64,000 nucleotides of DNA. Origin: the human T2T-CHM13v2.0 reference genome, Homo sapiens. This document shows, piece after piece, positions 63,501 to 64,000 of this stretch (position 1 is its first letter; the number at the start of each line of letters is the position of its first letter). The DNA lies in assembly GCF_009914755.1 (NCBI RefSeq), contig NC_060933.1, one strand, 5' to 3'. The notes beneath the pieces are model-generated. The model did not search any database. It worked only from the letters and a program-made list of their open reading frames with translations, and had not been told where the DNA came from. The position numbers and the translations under genes are program-made.

Positions 63501-64000
63501 ATTACACTTTAAGTTCTAGGGTACATGTGCATAACGTGCAGGTTTGTTACATATGTATACATGTGCCATGTTGGTGTGCTGCACCCATTAACTCGTCATT
63601 TACGTTAGGTATATTTCCTAATGCTATCCCTCCCCCCTCCCCCCACCCCACAACAGGCCCCGGTGTGTGATGTTCCCCTTCCTGTGTCCAAGTGTTCTCA
63701 TTGTTCAATTCCCACCTGTGAGTGAGAACATGTGGTGTTTGGTTTTTTGTCCTTGAGATAGTTTGCTGAGAATGATGGTTTCCAGCTTCATCCATGTCCC
63801 TACAAAGGACATGAACTCATCATTTTTTATGGCTGCATAGTATTCCATGGTGTATATGTGCCACATTTTCTTAATCCAGTCTATCATTGTTGGACATTTG
63901 GGTTGGTTCCAAGTCTTTGCTATTGTGAATAGTGCTGCAATAAACATATGTGTGCATGTGTCTTTATAGCAGCATGATTTATATTCCCATTACTGGGTAT
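63487..64000 (-). mobile_element. L1PA (PA4-like) 3' end, with (TA)n at 63465-63486
   Basis: ORF 63705-63947 is the L1 ORF2 C-terminus (MFIAALFTIAKTWNQPKCP...GGN); primate 3'UTR. Confidence 0.95.

Overview
Human genomic DNA (it carries a human-specific AluYb8-lineage insertion). The window holds the CpG-island promoter, first exon and 5' introns of a minus-strand gene that I recognise from memory as STRBP (spermatid perinuclear RNA-binding protein, a DZF/dsRBD paralogue of ILF3/NF90, chr9q33). No protein-coding exon is present. Exon 1 (~57620-57770, donor GG|GTAGGC) is followed ~31.5 kb downstream by a 137-nt 5'UTR exon (26014-26150). That exon takes its acceptor from an antisense Alu and its donor from a MIR, and it carries a 9-codon uORF. 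The rest is intron or upstream DNA rich in repeats: about 37 Alus, L1/L2/MIR fragments, MaLR LTRs and Tigger/Charlie/MER DNA transposons. None of the supplied ORFs looks like a real CDS. The best leads are: (i) a cluster of candidate 5'UTR cassette exons around the Alu exon, including a 40-nt microexon with downstream RBFOX motifs whose donor region was copied into a neighbouring MLT1 LTR; (ii) a second Alu/MIR exon candidate with the same uORF; (iii) clustered promoter motifs (E-box plus D-box, 4x GCACCTG, 3x MYB plus SOX); (iv) a young, possibly polymorphic AluYb; (v) nested and inverted retrotransposon junctions. I found no demonstrably new biological system; these are testable hypotheses. 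Gene identity and repeat subfamilies are from recall, not from searches, and boundaries of old repeats are approximate.
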